DNA from: an uncultured delta proteobacterium
Lineage (GTDB): Bacteria; Bdellovibrionota; FAC87; UBA2466
Assembly (NCBI GenBank): GCA_963778115.1
Contig: CAVZSV010000004.1
Location: forward strand, 1,024,001-1,088,000
Length of the DNA stretch: 64,000 bases
Direction: 5' to 3'
The translations under genes were made by a program, and so were the position numbers. This document shows positions 10,385 to 20,228 of this stretch, piece by piece. Position 1 is the stretch's first letter. Every line of letters begins with the position of its first letter. The notes under the pieces are model-generated. The model saw only the letters and a list, made by a program, of their open reading frames with translations, ran no database searches and had not been told where the DNA came from.

Positions 10385-12010
10385 CTACTCCATCCAAGGA
10401 TATCTAAAGCTCTGTGGCGGCACAAAAGTCTCCGACACCGTCCTGGCTGAAGTCCAACGCATCAAATTAAGCAGACTTCCCGCTTTATCGTTCGTTCCCG
10501 ATCCACGCGCGCCGCCAAAGGGTTGTTGTCCCACAACGGCCCCCGTAGGCTTGTTGTTGATATAGAAATTGCCCGCACTTTGCCATAACGCCTTGGTAGC
10601 GAAGTCTATTGCTTTGCGATCTTGGGCGAAGATGCAGCCGGTCAGCGCATAAGGAGACGTTTCATCGCAGACCTTAAGCGTCTCTTCAAACTTTGCGTCG
10701 TCATAGACATAGATAGTTAGGACCGGTCCAAAGATCTCCTCAACCATGGATCGGTAGTTTGGCTTTTTGGCCTCGATGATGGTGGGCTCAACGAAATAGC
10801 CCGTTTCATCGTCTAAGCCACCGCCGATAATCACTTCGGCGTCTTCGCTCTTTTTGGCGTGCTCGATATATCCTCGAATATTCTCAAACGACTTGCGATC
10901 GATAACTGCCGCCATAAAGTTTCGAAACTCCGAAACATCACCCATCGTGATTTGGCTCACTTCGCCAGCAAGCCTATCTTTCAATTTTGGCCAGAGGCTT
11001 TTTGGAATGTAGGCGCGTGAAGCCGCGGAACACTTTTGACCTTGGTACTCGAAGGCCCCTCGAATTAGAGCGGCGGTTAGCGCTTCAACGTCCGCTGAAA
11101 CGTGGGCAAATACGAAATCTTTACCGCCGGTTTCACCGACAATTCGGGGATAAGAACGGTAATTTGAAATATTGTCTCCGATTAGTTTCCACATGGCCTG
11201 AAACGTATTAGTACTTCCCGTAAAGTGAAGCCCACTGAAATTAGGATGCTTCATTACGGGATCCCCCACGTCCGATCCCTTACCAGGAACGAATTGGATG
11301 ACTCCCGGAGGAAGGCCCGCCTCCTCAAGCAGCTTCATAATGAAATAATTAGAATAGACCGAGGTCGACGCCGGTTTCCAAATAGAGACGTTTCCCATGA
11401 GGGCCGGAGCCGTCGGTAGATTTCCTCCGATAGAGGTAAAATTAAAAGGACTCACCGCAAAAACAAAACCCTCTAAAGGACGATATTCCAGCTGGTTCCA
11501 CATGCCCGCCGCACTATTGGGCTGTATCTGATAGATCAATTGCTGGAAATAGACATTAAATCTGTAAAAATCTACAAGTTCGCACGCCGAATCGATTTCA
11601 GCCTGATGACAGGTCTTACTCTGCCCTAGCATTGTAGAAGCATTCAGGATGGGGCGATATTTAGTCGCCAAGAGGTCGGCGGCTTTAAGAAATATGGCCT
11701 GCCTAGAACTTACCGGCATGGCCGCCCAATCCTTCTGGGCATGCATGGCGCCTTGAATCGCTGCCCCTATCTCCTCCGGCCCCGCATTATGATAGGTCGC
11801 TATTTTATGCCGGTGGTTGTGAGGAGGCGAACACGTTCCCACTTTACCGGTTCTGACCTCCTTACCGTTGATAATAAGAGGAATCTCAATTTCCACGGAG
11901 GAGAACTGAGAGAGCTGGTTCTTCAGAGTTTTCGTCTCAGCGCTCTGAGGCAGATACCCAAGGATGGGTTCATTCTTGGGTTCCGGAACTGTAAGAATGG
12001 AATTCGACAT
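10385..12010 (-). CDS. pruA: Delta-1-pyrroline-5-carboxylate dehydrogenase
   Basis: PEPKNEP, AEIDSACELVDF, GETGGKDF, FEYQGQKCSA, VGQQPFGGARGSGTNDKAG. Confidence 0.95.
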   Translation of the reverse strand: MSNSILTVPEPKNEPILGYLPQSAETKTLKNQLSQFSSVEIEIPLIINGKEVRTGKVGTCSPPHNHRHKIATYHNAGPEEIGAAIQGAMHAQKDWAAMPVSSRQAIFLKAADLLATKYRPILNASTMLGQSKTCHQAEIDSACELVDFYRFNVYFQQLIYQIQPNSAAGMWNQLEYRPLEGFVFAVSPFNFTSIGGNLPTAPALMGNVSIWKPASTSVYSNYFIMKLLEEAGLPPGVIQFVPGKGSDVGDPVMKHPNFSGLHFTGSTNTFQAMWKLIGDNISNYRSYPRIVGETGGKDFVFAHVSADVEALTAALIRGAFEYQGQKCSAASRAYIPKSLWPKLKDRLAGEVSQITMGDVSEFRNFMAAVIDRKSFENIRGYIEHAKKSEDAEVIIGGGLDDETGYFVEPTIIEAKKPNYRSMVEEIFGPVLTIYVYDDAKFEETLKVCDETSPYALTGCIFAQDRKAIDFATKALWQSAGNFYINNKPTGAVVGQQPFGGARGSGTNDKAGSLLNLMRWTSARTVSETFVPPQSFRYPWME

Positions 12011-12341
12011 CGATCTTCTCCCGAGTCTGGTTATGACCTACTTAGCCTGAACCTATCTCAAAATGGGTAGCGTGGCGAGACAAGGCGCATGTAGTAGGCG
12101 CATAAGCAGCGCGGCATGAGAAGCGAAAACTGAAGAAAAGACACTACGGGCGATGTTTTTTAAAACATTAAAACTTTTAATGATCGGCTACAGACCCGGC
12201 TACAAATCCCGGCTCAAAATCTTAATGATGGAAAATCCTAACCCCCTCTAGACGGACAAATTTAAGATCAAATTTGGCACCGTCTCTGAGGCTGATAGGA
12301 TTCCCATCCGCCAGTAGTCTTAAAAAGACAGATAGCGTTCG

Positions 12342-12587
12342 CTACTTCTTCTTCTTCTTTCGACCGCGGCGAGACATTTTCGCCATCGACAGATCACCCT
12401 GCTTGTCTACGAAGTAAAGGTAACCAGTCTGCCGCTTCACCCCTACTTTTGCGACGACTTGGGGTTTTGCTTTTGAAGCCTTGCGGCCTCGCCCCATCTT
12501 CGCACGAGAGATGTTGCCCTTCTTATCGAGATAATAAAGCCAGCCTTCTTCTTTTTTGACGCCGACCTTTGCTACTTTCGTTGCCAT
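12342..12587 (-). CDS. Small Lys/Arg-rich protein with internal tandem duplication
   Basis: ATG 12587 with GGAGGG RBS; two copies of VAKVGVKxxxGxLYxxDKxGxxSxAKMxR. Confidence 0.85.
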   Translation of the reverse strand: MATKVAKVGVKKEEGWLYYLDKKGNISRAKMGRGRKASKAKPQVVAKVGVKRQTGYLYFVDKQGDLSMAKMSRRGRKKKKK

Positions 12588-12725
12588 AGAGTCCCTCCCA
12601 AACGAGACTTTTTTTGCCATACCTTAAAAAAAGGTACTGACATCTTAATACTGAAAGAAAGCAAAATGACACTGTTTTTTTGTTGTTTTCCCTCTTAGCC
12701 GAGGGAAAAACCGTGCCTAGAACCC

Positions 12726-13079
12726 TTACGGTGTGCGAATTTTCTTCTTTCTCTTCGGGGAAGCGGGCCGAATCTGACTAGATTTAAGGGGGGGAGTGAC
12801 CGATTTCCCTTTGGTAATAATAGGGGCAGTGAATTCCTCTCGGGCATGCGCAAGACGTACAAAGCTTCCCTCTCTTCTAGGTTCGTTCAGGCTTGCTTTG
12901 AGTTGGGCCGCGGGATTCATGATGCGAAGCCGAGTGAAATATTCCACCATGGAGTTGCTTCGAACACTCTCTAAAAAATTGTCCGTCTTCGAGTGGCGCA
13001 AATGGGATTTAGAGCTTTTCTTGGCTTTCTTTTTCTTTTTGACTCTTGTTTTCGATGGCACGGCGTTTTTTTTTGTCAT
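12726..13079 (-). CDS. Basic hypothetical protein
   Basis: 117-aa Lys-rich ORF overlapping the upstream stop (ATGA). Confidence 0.6.
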   Translation of the reverse strand: MTKKNAVPSKTRVKKKKKAKKSSKSHLRHSKTDNFLESVRSNSMVEYFTRLRIMNPAAQLKASLNEPRREGSFVRLAHAREEFTAPIITKGKSVTPPLKSSQIRPASPKRKKKIRTP

Positions 13080-13861
13080 GCTGAAGTTACCCTTTCAAAA
13101 CTGAATTGCGGAAGCTGCATGGGCGATAGCGTTGGTATGACGGGTCCTTCATTCGTCGTCAAAACGGCTTCGAAATGAAATCCCTTTAGTAGCAACTCCG
13201 CTCCCTGAATATTTCCAGGAGCGTATACAACCCTTACGGGTAAATGGCATCGTTGTCTCACGAAAGCAATCGCATTCTCCGTCTCCCCTTGGCAAGAAGG
13301 ATCGCACTCCAACCGGTACCCCGCTTCCATCAACCCAGCTGGAATTTCGTTGATTTGCCCCCAGGTCGCAGAGAACCGCAACGGATCTAAGTCATTGAAA
13401 GGAAGCGGCCCAAACCGAGAGCGGTAGGAACCCAAAATAGCATCGCGCTCGTTGGGTGCCGTCCATCCCCTGTGAAGCGTTTTCAACCGATCCTCGTCGG
13501 AAAGCTCCTTGGAAAAGCTGTCATGATAGATACCTACCTCCTCTTCGAAGGGAAGGCGGTTGAAGCCAATATAACCAGGACTCAAAAAGAGGGTAAACGG
13601 AATGCCCCTGGCCAAAAGGTCGGGAATGGCCCTAAGAAATACGCTGCGGCGAGCCTGCAAAAAAACTATGGCGGCCTTACCGGTAGCGCGCCTAGAGCGG
13701 CCTGGTTGCGCAATCTCTGAAAGTTTGGAGAATTCGTAATACGGCTTTACTTCCGTAAGCTGCGCGTCAAGTTCACCCACCCCTGCCTCGGTAAGATGGT
13801 CGTAGCAAAGCACCAAAGAGTTGCGCGGACCAAATACCTTTCGAAGCCAATTCGCGCTCAT
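13076..13861 (-). CDS. Polysaccharide deacetylase-like protein (degenerate motifs)
   Basis: LVLCYDH, GIPFTLFL, ATWGQINEI, AVLTT pattern of the NodB-like fold; coupled to hemN. Confidence 0.5.
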   Translation of the reverse strand: MSANWLRKVFGPRNSLVLCYDHLTEAGVGELDAQLTEVKPYYEFSKLSEIAQPGRSRRATGKAAIVFLQARRSVFLRAIPDLLARGIPFTLFLSPGYIGFNRLPFEEEVGIYHDSFSKELSDEDRLKTLHRGWTAPNERDAILGSYRSRFGPLPFNDLDPLRFSATWGQINEIPAGLMEAGYRLECDPSCQGETENAIAFVRQRCHLPVRVVYAPGNIQGAELLLKGFHFEAVLTTNEGPVIPTLSPMQLPQFSFERVTSA

Positions 13862-15219
13862 ACTGTTTTGGAGTACGTTACCTTCTGGGGTGCTTTCAAG
13901 TACGCATCAAAGATCATAGCCACATTGCGTATGAACAGCCTCCCCAGAGGAGTCACCGAGATCGAGCGATCTGTCTTGGTTAGGATCCCATCGTTTAAAA
14001 AGGGATCGAGCTGCTTTATCTCTTCAGAAAAGGCGGAAAGGAAAGGCTCCTTGAACTTCGCCTCATATTCATCGTAGGAGAGGTAAAAATCACACATGAG
14101 CGTCTGGATAGTCCACTTTCTGCGTCTGTCGTCCTCGGTAAGAGTGCAGCCGCGAAGGGTCGCAAATTTGCCTGAAGTCACTCGAGATTCGTATTCTTTA
14201 ACCTCTTTAATGTTTTGGAAATAGCCGGTGGATAGCTCCCCAATCGAAGAAGAGCCGATTCCAATCATTTCAGTGCCCCGTTTTACCGTATACCCCATAA
14301 AATTTCGATAGAGCGTCCGGTTTCCAATGGCACGATAGAGTTCGTCGGTCTCAAGCGCAAAATGGTCCATCCCTATCGCTTGGTAACCCGCCGCGACTAG
14401 CTTTTCATAAGCCAAGTTAAAGAGATCGACCCTCTCCTCGGCCGAAGGCATGGGAAATTTCTCTAAAATCTTTTGATGGGGAATCATGGCGGGAAGTCTT
14501 GCGTAATTATAAAGTGCTATCCGGTCGGGCCGAATCCGCATGACATTGGTCATGGTCTGTTCAAATTTCGCTACTGTCTGAAGCGGCAGTCCGTAAATGA
14601 GATCGAAATTGATTCCAGAAAATCCTAACCGACGACTGGTTTTCAGCATTCGCTCGGTAAGTTCGGCCGATTGGATTCGATTAATGGCGGTTTGAACCTC
14701 TAAATCAAAGTCTTGGACGCCAAGACTAATTCGATTAAAGCCAAGTTTTGCCAAACATTCTAATTGCTCGTCGGATGTGACTCTAGGGTCCACTTCAATA
14801 CTGACTTCGGCCCCGGGTGCAAGTTCAAAAAGTTTGCGAGTCCCCTGGTGCAACATCGTTATCTCATCGACGGTCAAAAACGTGGGGGTTCCCCCGCCCC
14901 AGCTAATCTGAGTAATCTTTCGCTTTGAACCCATGGCGCGTGCGGCACTCTCCAACTCCGCTAGTAATGCCTTCACATACCCCACACCGCGCCCATGCTC
15001 TTTGGTAATGAGAATGTTGCAACCACAGTAATAACAAAGACTCTCACAGAACGGGATATGGACATAAAGGGCTAGCGGAGTCTGGGCCGATTCAGGATTG
15101 CCGAGACTCTTTAGATATTGTTCCGCCCCCACCTTTTCCGACCACTGAGGAGCGGTGGGGTAGGAGGTATATCTTGGACCGGAACGGCTATGTTTTATGA
15201 CTAGATCCTTTATTCCCAT
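13858..15219 (-). CDS. hemN: Oxygen-independent coproporphyrinogen III oxidase
   Basis: GPRYTSYPTA, YVHIPFCESLCYYCGC, IGMDHFA, RNFMGY. Confidence 0.97.
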   Translation of the reverse strand: MGIKDLVIKHSRSGPRYTSYPTAPQWSEKVGAEQYLKSLGNPESAQTPLALYVHIPFCESLCYYCGCNILITKEHGRGVGYVKALLAELESAARAMGSKRKITQISWGGGTPTFLTVDEITMLHQGTRKLFELAPGAEVSIEVDPRVTSDEQLECLAKLGFNRISLGVQDFDLEVQTAINRIQSAELTERMLKTSRRLGFSGINFDLIYGLPLQTVAKFEQTMTNVMRIRPDRIALYNYARLPAMIPHQKILEKFPMPSAEERVDLFNLAYEKLVAAGYQAIGMDHFALETDELYRAIGNRTLYRNFMGYTVKRGTEMIGIGSSSIGELSTGYFQNIKEVKEYESRVTSGKFATLRGCTLTEDDRRRKWTIQTLMCDFYLSYDEYEAKFKEPFLSAFSEEIKQLDPFLNDGILTKTDRSISVTPLGRLFIRNVAMIFDAYLKAPQKVTYSKTV

Positions 15220-15221
15220 AG

Positions 15222-16254
15222 TTACACCCAGAGTGTTAGAGCCTCTTGCACAAACGCTTTCACATTTTCGACAGGCGTATTAGGAAGCACCCCGTGGCCC
15301 AAATTCACAATCCCAGGACGCTTCAAAAGCTTAAATCTATCGACGAGCAAACGTGTCTCTTTACGAATACGACTTTCGTCTCCTTTGAGTAGTAGCTGGG
15401 GATCGAAATTGCCTTGGAGCGAAAATCGACCGCCCCACACCTCGTCAATTTTAAGCAGAATCCGCTCCGGTTTCCACCCCCATCACATCAGCAGAAACCT
15501 GAGAGAGAGAAGGTAGAAAAGCATGCGAGCCCTTGGCGAAGTATACAAACTTCACTCCTCGGGCGTGAACGTTATCGGCAATTCGATTGAGCATAGTAAG
15601 ATAGTAGGAATTAAAAAACTCCACCGACATGTTTCCTAGCCAGGTGTCGAATAGCTGCACCAAGTCCGCTCCGGAATCGATTTGGTAGTTGAGATAGCGC
15701 GTCGTAGCATCCGCCAAAAAATCCAGTGCTTCGGCCAAAGCTTTAGGATCTTTCTCATGCCAAGTTCGGATCTTTTCAAAATCCGTCTTGCCTCTTCCCT
15801 GCACAAGATAGCATCCGACCGTCCACGGGGCTCCCGCAAACCCGTAGAGGGCTTTGTCCTTAGGAAGTTGCCGTCTAATTTCAGATAGCGACGCTCCCAC
15901 GAAGGAGGTATCTTTGGCGGGAGCAAAGGTAGCAAACTTAGAAAAATCCGCAACCGTTTGAAAGGGCGTAAGAACCACGGGGCCAATCGCTTCTTTCATC
16001 TCAATCGGGATCTTCATCCCGTAGGGCGGTGTCAAAATATCAGAGAAGAAGATGCAAGCGTCCACTTCCAAAACCTGAAGCGGGAGGAGGCTAATTTTAA
16101 CGACGAGTTCCGGAGTTTCCACCATTTGCCAAAAAGAATGTTTCTCGCGAATCTCACGGTATGACGGCAAATACCTTCCCGCCTGCCTCATAAGCCATAC
16201 CGGCAAGTGCCCCACGGCCTCACCCTCTAAATGTCTGAGCAACAAAGGTTTCAT
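15222..16254 (-). CDS. hemE: Uroporphyrinogen decarboxylase, split by a +1 frameshift near 15459
   Basis: PVWLMRQAGRYLP, FSDIL, GFAGAPWT, QLFDTW in 15451-16254; LQGNFDP and NLGHGVLP in 15222-15440. Confidence 0.93.
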
Positions 16255-16970
16255 TCTTTTACTTTCGACACGAACTTATAACCCAATCCTCTTACCGAGT
16301 GGATATGTTTGGGCCGTTTAGGATCGTTCTCGAAATAGCGTCTCAGCCTTAAAATAAAGTTATCGACGGTCCTGGTAGAGGGGTACACATCATACCCCCA
16401 GACTCGATTTAAGATGTCGTCGCGGCTGACCACTTCCGACTCCTTTTCTACGAGTAACTTCATCAGCATACATTCTTTCTGACTCATTACAAAAGTGTCG
16501 TAGCCGTGCCTTCCTTCGAACTTCTCAAAATCGATGCTGTTATTTTCCCAACTGAATACCGCACCTTGTTTAGGAAAACTTCCGTACCATGACCTGCGCT
16601 TGAGCATCCCATCGATGCGGAGCAAAAGCTCCTCCATCTCAAAGGGTTTGGGTAAATAATCATCGGCCCCGCTTCTGAGTCCCTCAATCCTGTCGGAGGG
16701 GTCAGAAAGTGCGGAAAGGATCAAGATAGGCAACGTGGGTGCTAGCTGCCGCAGATGCCGACATAGCTCAAGTCCCGCCGGAACTCCATTAATCAAGACA
16801 TCCAAGATGTAAAGATCGAATAGGTCTGTTGTCTGTTTCAAGAGATCCTCGGTCGTAGCATATTGCTCGACGTGGTACCCCTTTGATTTGAGCCTTTCGG
16901 CCACCAGTTCACGAATAGTCGGGTCATCCTCAACCAAACACAGTCTATCTTGATTCGTTTTGCCGCTCAT
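16251..16970 (-). CDS. OmpR-family response regulator
   Basis: LVEDD, ILDV, GADDYLPKPF receiver motifs; VWGY..TRTVDNFILRLR..HSVRGLGYKF winged helix. Confidence 0.95.
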   Translation of the reverse strand: MSGKTNQDRLCLVEDDPTIRELVAERLKSKGYHVEQYATTEDLLKQTTDLFDLYILDVLINGVPAGLELCRHLRQLAPTLPILILSALSDPSDRIEGLRSGADDYLPKPFEMEELLLRIDGMLKRRSWYGSFPKQGAVFSWENNSIDFEKFEGRHGYDTFVMSQKECMLMKLLVEKESEVVSRDDILNRVWGYDVYPSTRTVDNFILRLRRYFENDPKRPKHIHSVRGLGYKFVSKVKE

Positions 16971-17965
16971 GCCGCCACCGCGGGTAATTCGATTTCAAAT
17001 CGACAACCCTGATTATTTTCATTGTCGGTAATTCGGATTTCTCCGTGGTGGGCTTCAATAATAGTCTTCGCTAAATGTAAACCCAAACCCGTTCCCGGTG
17101 TCCTTCCCGCTGAAGTCCCTCGGTAAAATCGGTCGAAGATCTTAAGCCGCTCCTCAGGGGGAATTCCTGGCCCGTTATCACTGATTAGCACCCGAATTTT
17201 CGAAGCTGCCAGAGATACCCGAATGGAAATCTCTTTCTTGGGTTTATCATTATAAATGATCGCATTTTCAAGAAGGCTTTGGAACGTCATGTCTAGACCG
17301 TGCGCATCTCCGCTGACGGCCACTTCCTCATCGATATCTAAGCGCAGTGAAACGTCCCTCGCCTTAAACAATGGTTCTAACCGCCGAATTACCTGATTTA
17401 AGGAATCCACTACATACAGATTCTCGAACTGAAAGGCCCCCCGTTCAACGCGGTTCAGGCTCAGAGCGTTCTCAAAAAGGGTGGCAAGGCGCCTCACCTC
17501 TTCCATCGCCTGCCCCATCTCTTTGCTCAGCGAGGGGTCGTTTCTCTTTTCGGTAATAGATTCCAGGCGGAGTTTTAAAGCAGTCAGCGGCGTTTTCGAC
17601 TCGTGGCTGACAATCTCCACAAAATTTCTTTGAGTTTCGCGCGCTTTTCTTTCCACCTTAAGCGCATGTAACAACAGATACATTCCAATGAAGGTAAGAA
17701 CTACAAAAAAAGTAGACTCGGAGAGGAACATAATTCTGCGATGCAACACCTCCTTGGAGATAGCTTCGGCACTTTCATCCGAAAGAGGTGCCCCATGAAG
17801 GTTTGAGCGCAAAACCGCATTTTGCGATTTGAGCGCAGCCATCGCGTTCACTTCCTGCATGAAAACCGTCGTCCACCACACTACTTGAGCTAATAAGAGA
17901 CAGCTCACAGTAATGAAAAGTGTCGTCCATCGACGATATCTTATTTCGTCACGGGACCGACGCAT
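16967..17965 (-). CDS. Membrane sensor histidine kinase
   Basis: Two TM helices, SHESKTPL H-box, LLENAIIY, DNGPGIP, GTGLGL. Confidence 0.95.
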   Translation of the reverse strand: MRRSRDEIRYRRWTTLFITVSCLLLAQVVWWTTVFMQEVNAMAALKSQNAVLRSNLHGAPLSDESAEAISKEVLHRRIMFLSESTFFVVLTFIGMYLLLHALKVERKARETQRNFVEIVSHESKTPLTALKLRLESITEKRNDPSLSKEMGQAMEEVRRLATLFENALSLNRVERGAFQFENLYVVDSLNQVIRRLEPLFKARDVSLRLDIDEEVAVSGDAHGLDMTFQSLLENAIIYNDKPKKEISIRVSLAASKIRVLISDNGPGIPPEERLKIFDRFYRGTSAGRTPGTGLGLHLAKTIIEAHHGEIRITDNENNQGCRFEIELPAVAA

Positions 17966-19242
17966 CTTTCCAGCCTTTCCAAAGTTTGGTTCAGCACATC
18001 AGGAGTATGGGCGAAAGAAACAAATCCCACTTCGTAGGGAGAAGGAGCCAGGTACACGCCCTGTTCGAGGGCCCTGCGAAAGAAGTCGCTATATTGTCTT
18101 ATTCCTTCCGACGTCAAAGTAGGGGGAAAAGAGGTGGACGGGGCCCCAAAATGAATCCAAAAGATAGAACCTAAAGAGATCACTTGAACCTGGGTCAGTT
18201 TGGAGAGTCGCTTTTCCAACTCTTTCGCGAAGGCTTCACACTCGTTATCCCAACGCAGCCAAGAAGGGCGGCGCCGAAAAAGTTCTTCGATCACTTCGAT
18301 TCCGACAGCAGCGGCCAGCACGTTCCCCGCCATGGTTCCCGCTTGGTAAACACTTCCCGAAGGGGCTAAAGTGTCCATGATCTCACTTCTTCCTACGACA
18401 GCAGCCAGTGGCAAACCTCCACCAATCACTTTCCCTAGAGTGACCAGATCGGGTTTTAGATCGAAAAAACCGGTAGCTCCCGCAAGGCCCACACGAAAAC
18501 CGGTAATAACTTCGTCGAAAATCACCAGGGCACCGTTTTCTTTAGCCAACTGAACCACTGCCTTAACGTGCTCGTACTTGGGAATCCATAGGCCGTAGTT
18601 GGCAGCAATAGGTTCGACTATAAGTGCCGCGATTTGGTTGGGATTGGAATCAAATGCCTTCTTGATAGAAGCTAAGTCGTCATACCGCGCAATGACAGTA
18701 TCGGAAACTATCGACGAGGGAACGCCCTTGGAGTCAGCTTCAGTAGTTTCAGCAACTCCACTTCCAGATTTCGCTAACAACCCGTCGCTATGACCGTGGT
18801 AGCAGCCTTCAAACTTTAAGATCTTGCTTCTTCCCGTAAAACCGCGAGCCAGACGAATCGCTGTCATCACCGCTTCCGTCCCGCTCGTTACCAAGCGGAC
18901 CTTTTGGAGAAACGGATAAGATTTCAATATTAGGTTCGCCAGAATAATCTCTTTCGGGTGGCACGCCCCGAAAGCTAGACCGCGGCGCGCCTGCTCTTGA
19001 ATGACTCCGATTACATTGTCTGGGGAATGTCCTAAAATATGGGGACCGAACGCCATACAAAAATCGATATACTCTTTTCCATCCACATCGTAGAGAAATG
19101 GGCCTTTCGCGCGGTTAAAATAGATGGGAGTCGTTCCCACGTGTTTGAACGCCCGAACGGGGGAACTAACTCCTCCGGGAATCACTTCGCAGGCTTTTGC
19201 AAAAAGCTCTTTTGAATTAAAGGTCGTCGTATTGCTTTTCAT
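17941..19242 (-). CDS. hemL: Glutamate-1-semialdehyde 2,1-aminomutase
   Basis: PGGVSSPVRAF, SGTEAVMTAIRLAR, GCYHGHSD, FDEVITGFR, GKVIGGGLP. Confidence 0.97.
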   Translation of the reverse strand: MKSNTTTFNSKELFAKACEVIPGGVSSPVRAFKHVGTTPIYFNRAKGPFLYDVDGKEYIDFCMAFGPHILGHSPDNVIGVIQEQARRGLAFGACHPKEIILANLILKSYPFLQKVRLVTSGTEAVMTAIRLARGFTGRSKILKFEGCYHGHSDGLLAKSGSGVAETTEADSKGVPSSIVSDTVIARYDDLASIKKAFDSNPNQIAALIVEPIAANYGLWIPKYEHVKAVVQLAKENGALVIFDEVITGFRVGLAGATGFFDLKPDLVTLGKVIGGGLPLAAVVGRSEIMDTLAPSGSVYQAGTMAGNVLAAAVGIEVIEELFRRRPSWLRWDNECEAFAKELEKRLSKLTQVQVISLGSIFWIHFGAPSTSFPPTLTSEGIRQYSDFFRRALEQGVYLAPSPYEVGFVSFAHTPDVLNQTLERLERCVGPVTK

Positions 19243-20228
19243 CGAATCCAGCCCTTTTCGGCAGCTTGCGAAGCGTAATAGGTGATGATGAGTTGGGCTC
19301 CTGCTCGTCGAATGGCCGTCAGGTTTTCCAAAGCCATCTTCTTTTCATCCGCCATGCCGTGCTTAGCCAATTGTTTTACCATTTCATACTCACCGCTAAC
19401 ACTATAAGCGACGACAGGAACCGAAGCATGAGCGCGAAACTGGGCAATGATATCAAGATAAGCTAAGGCGGGTTTCACCATCACTAAGTCTGCGCCTTCT
19501 GCCTCATCGAGTTTAAGCTCTTTGAGAGCCTCTCCCGCGTTTCTAAAATCCATTTGATAAGCCGTACGATCGCCTCCCACCGGAGAAGAGCCAAGTGCCT
19601 CGCGAAAAGGTCCGTAATAGGACGAAGCGTATTTGGCGGTGTAAGCTAAAATTCCCACTTGGCTTAGTCCCTGCTGATCCAAAAGGCTTCGAATAGCCCC
19701 CACCCTGCCATCCATCATATCGGAGGGGGCAACAAAGTCGGCTCCCGCCTGAGCATGGACCAGCGCCACTTTCGCAAGATTCTCGACGGAAGCGTCGTTA
19801 TCCACTTCCCCGTGTTTCACAATCCCGCAATGTCCATGAGAAGTGGCGGGACACAAGCAGACGTCCGTATAAATAACGATATCTTTTCCGAACCGCTTCT
19901 TCAGGGTCCTGACAGCTTCAGGAATCACCCCTTTCTCAGCGAAAGCGGCACTTCCCCCTTCATCTTTTTGGGAAGCGGGAGTCTCTCCAAAGAGAAGAAT
20001 CGAAACGACACCACGATCTTTATCCGCTTCAATCCGCTTGGAAAGGACATCGATTCCCATTCGATCGACGTTCGTAAATCCGGCAATAGGCTCTTTGCTG
20101 TTAGCTCCCTCTTTCACGAAGTGGGGTTGGATAAGTTGGCTCAAACTCAGTGAAGTCTCGTGCAACGAGTCACGCAAAGCGGCGGAACGACGCAACCGAC
20201 GAGGACGTTGGACGATGGGTTTTAGCAT
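19239..20228 (-). CDS. hemB: Porphobilinogen synthase
   Basis: RPRRLR, DVCLCPATSHGHCG, APSDMMDGR, YGPFREA, MVKPALAYLD. Confidence 0.97.
   Translation of the reverse strand: MLKPIVQRPRRLRRSAALRDSLHETSLSLSQLIQPHFVKEGANSKEPIAGFTNVDRMGIDVLSKRIEADKDRGVVSILLFGETPASQKDEGGSAAFAEKGVIPEAVRTLKKRFGKDIVIYTDVCLCPATSHGHCGIVKHGEVDNDASVENLAKVALVHAQAGADFVAPSDMMDGRVGAIRSLLDQQGLSQVGILAYTAKYASSYYGPFREALGSSPVGGDRTAYQMDFRNAGEALKELKLDEAEGADLVMVKPALAYLDIIAQFRAHASVPVVAYSVSGEYEMVKQLAKHGMADEKKMALENLTAIRRAGAQLIITYYASQAAEKGWIR

Noticed and set aside
12185..12218. Three short cggctac/cggctca repeats upstream of pruA
   Set aside because: Could be operator half-sites but cannot be distinguished from chance.
12704..12718. 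Sigma54-like AGGCACGGTTTTTCC on minus strand
   Set aside because: The -12 element is CC rather than GC.
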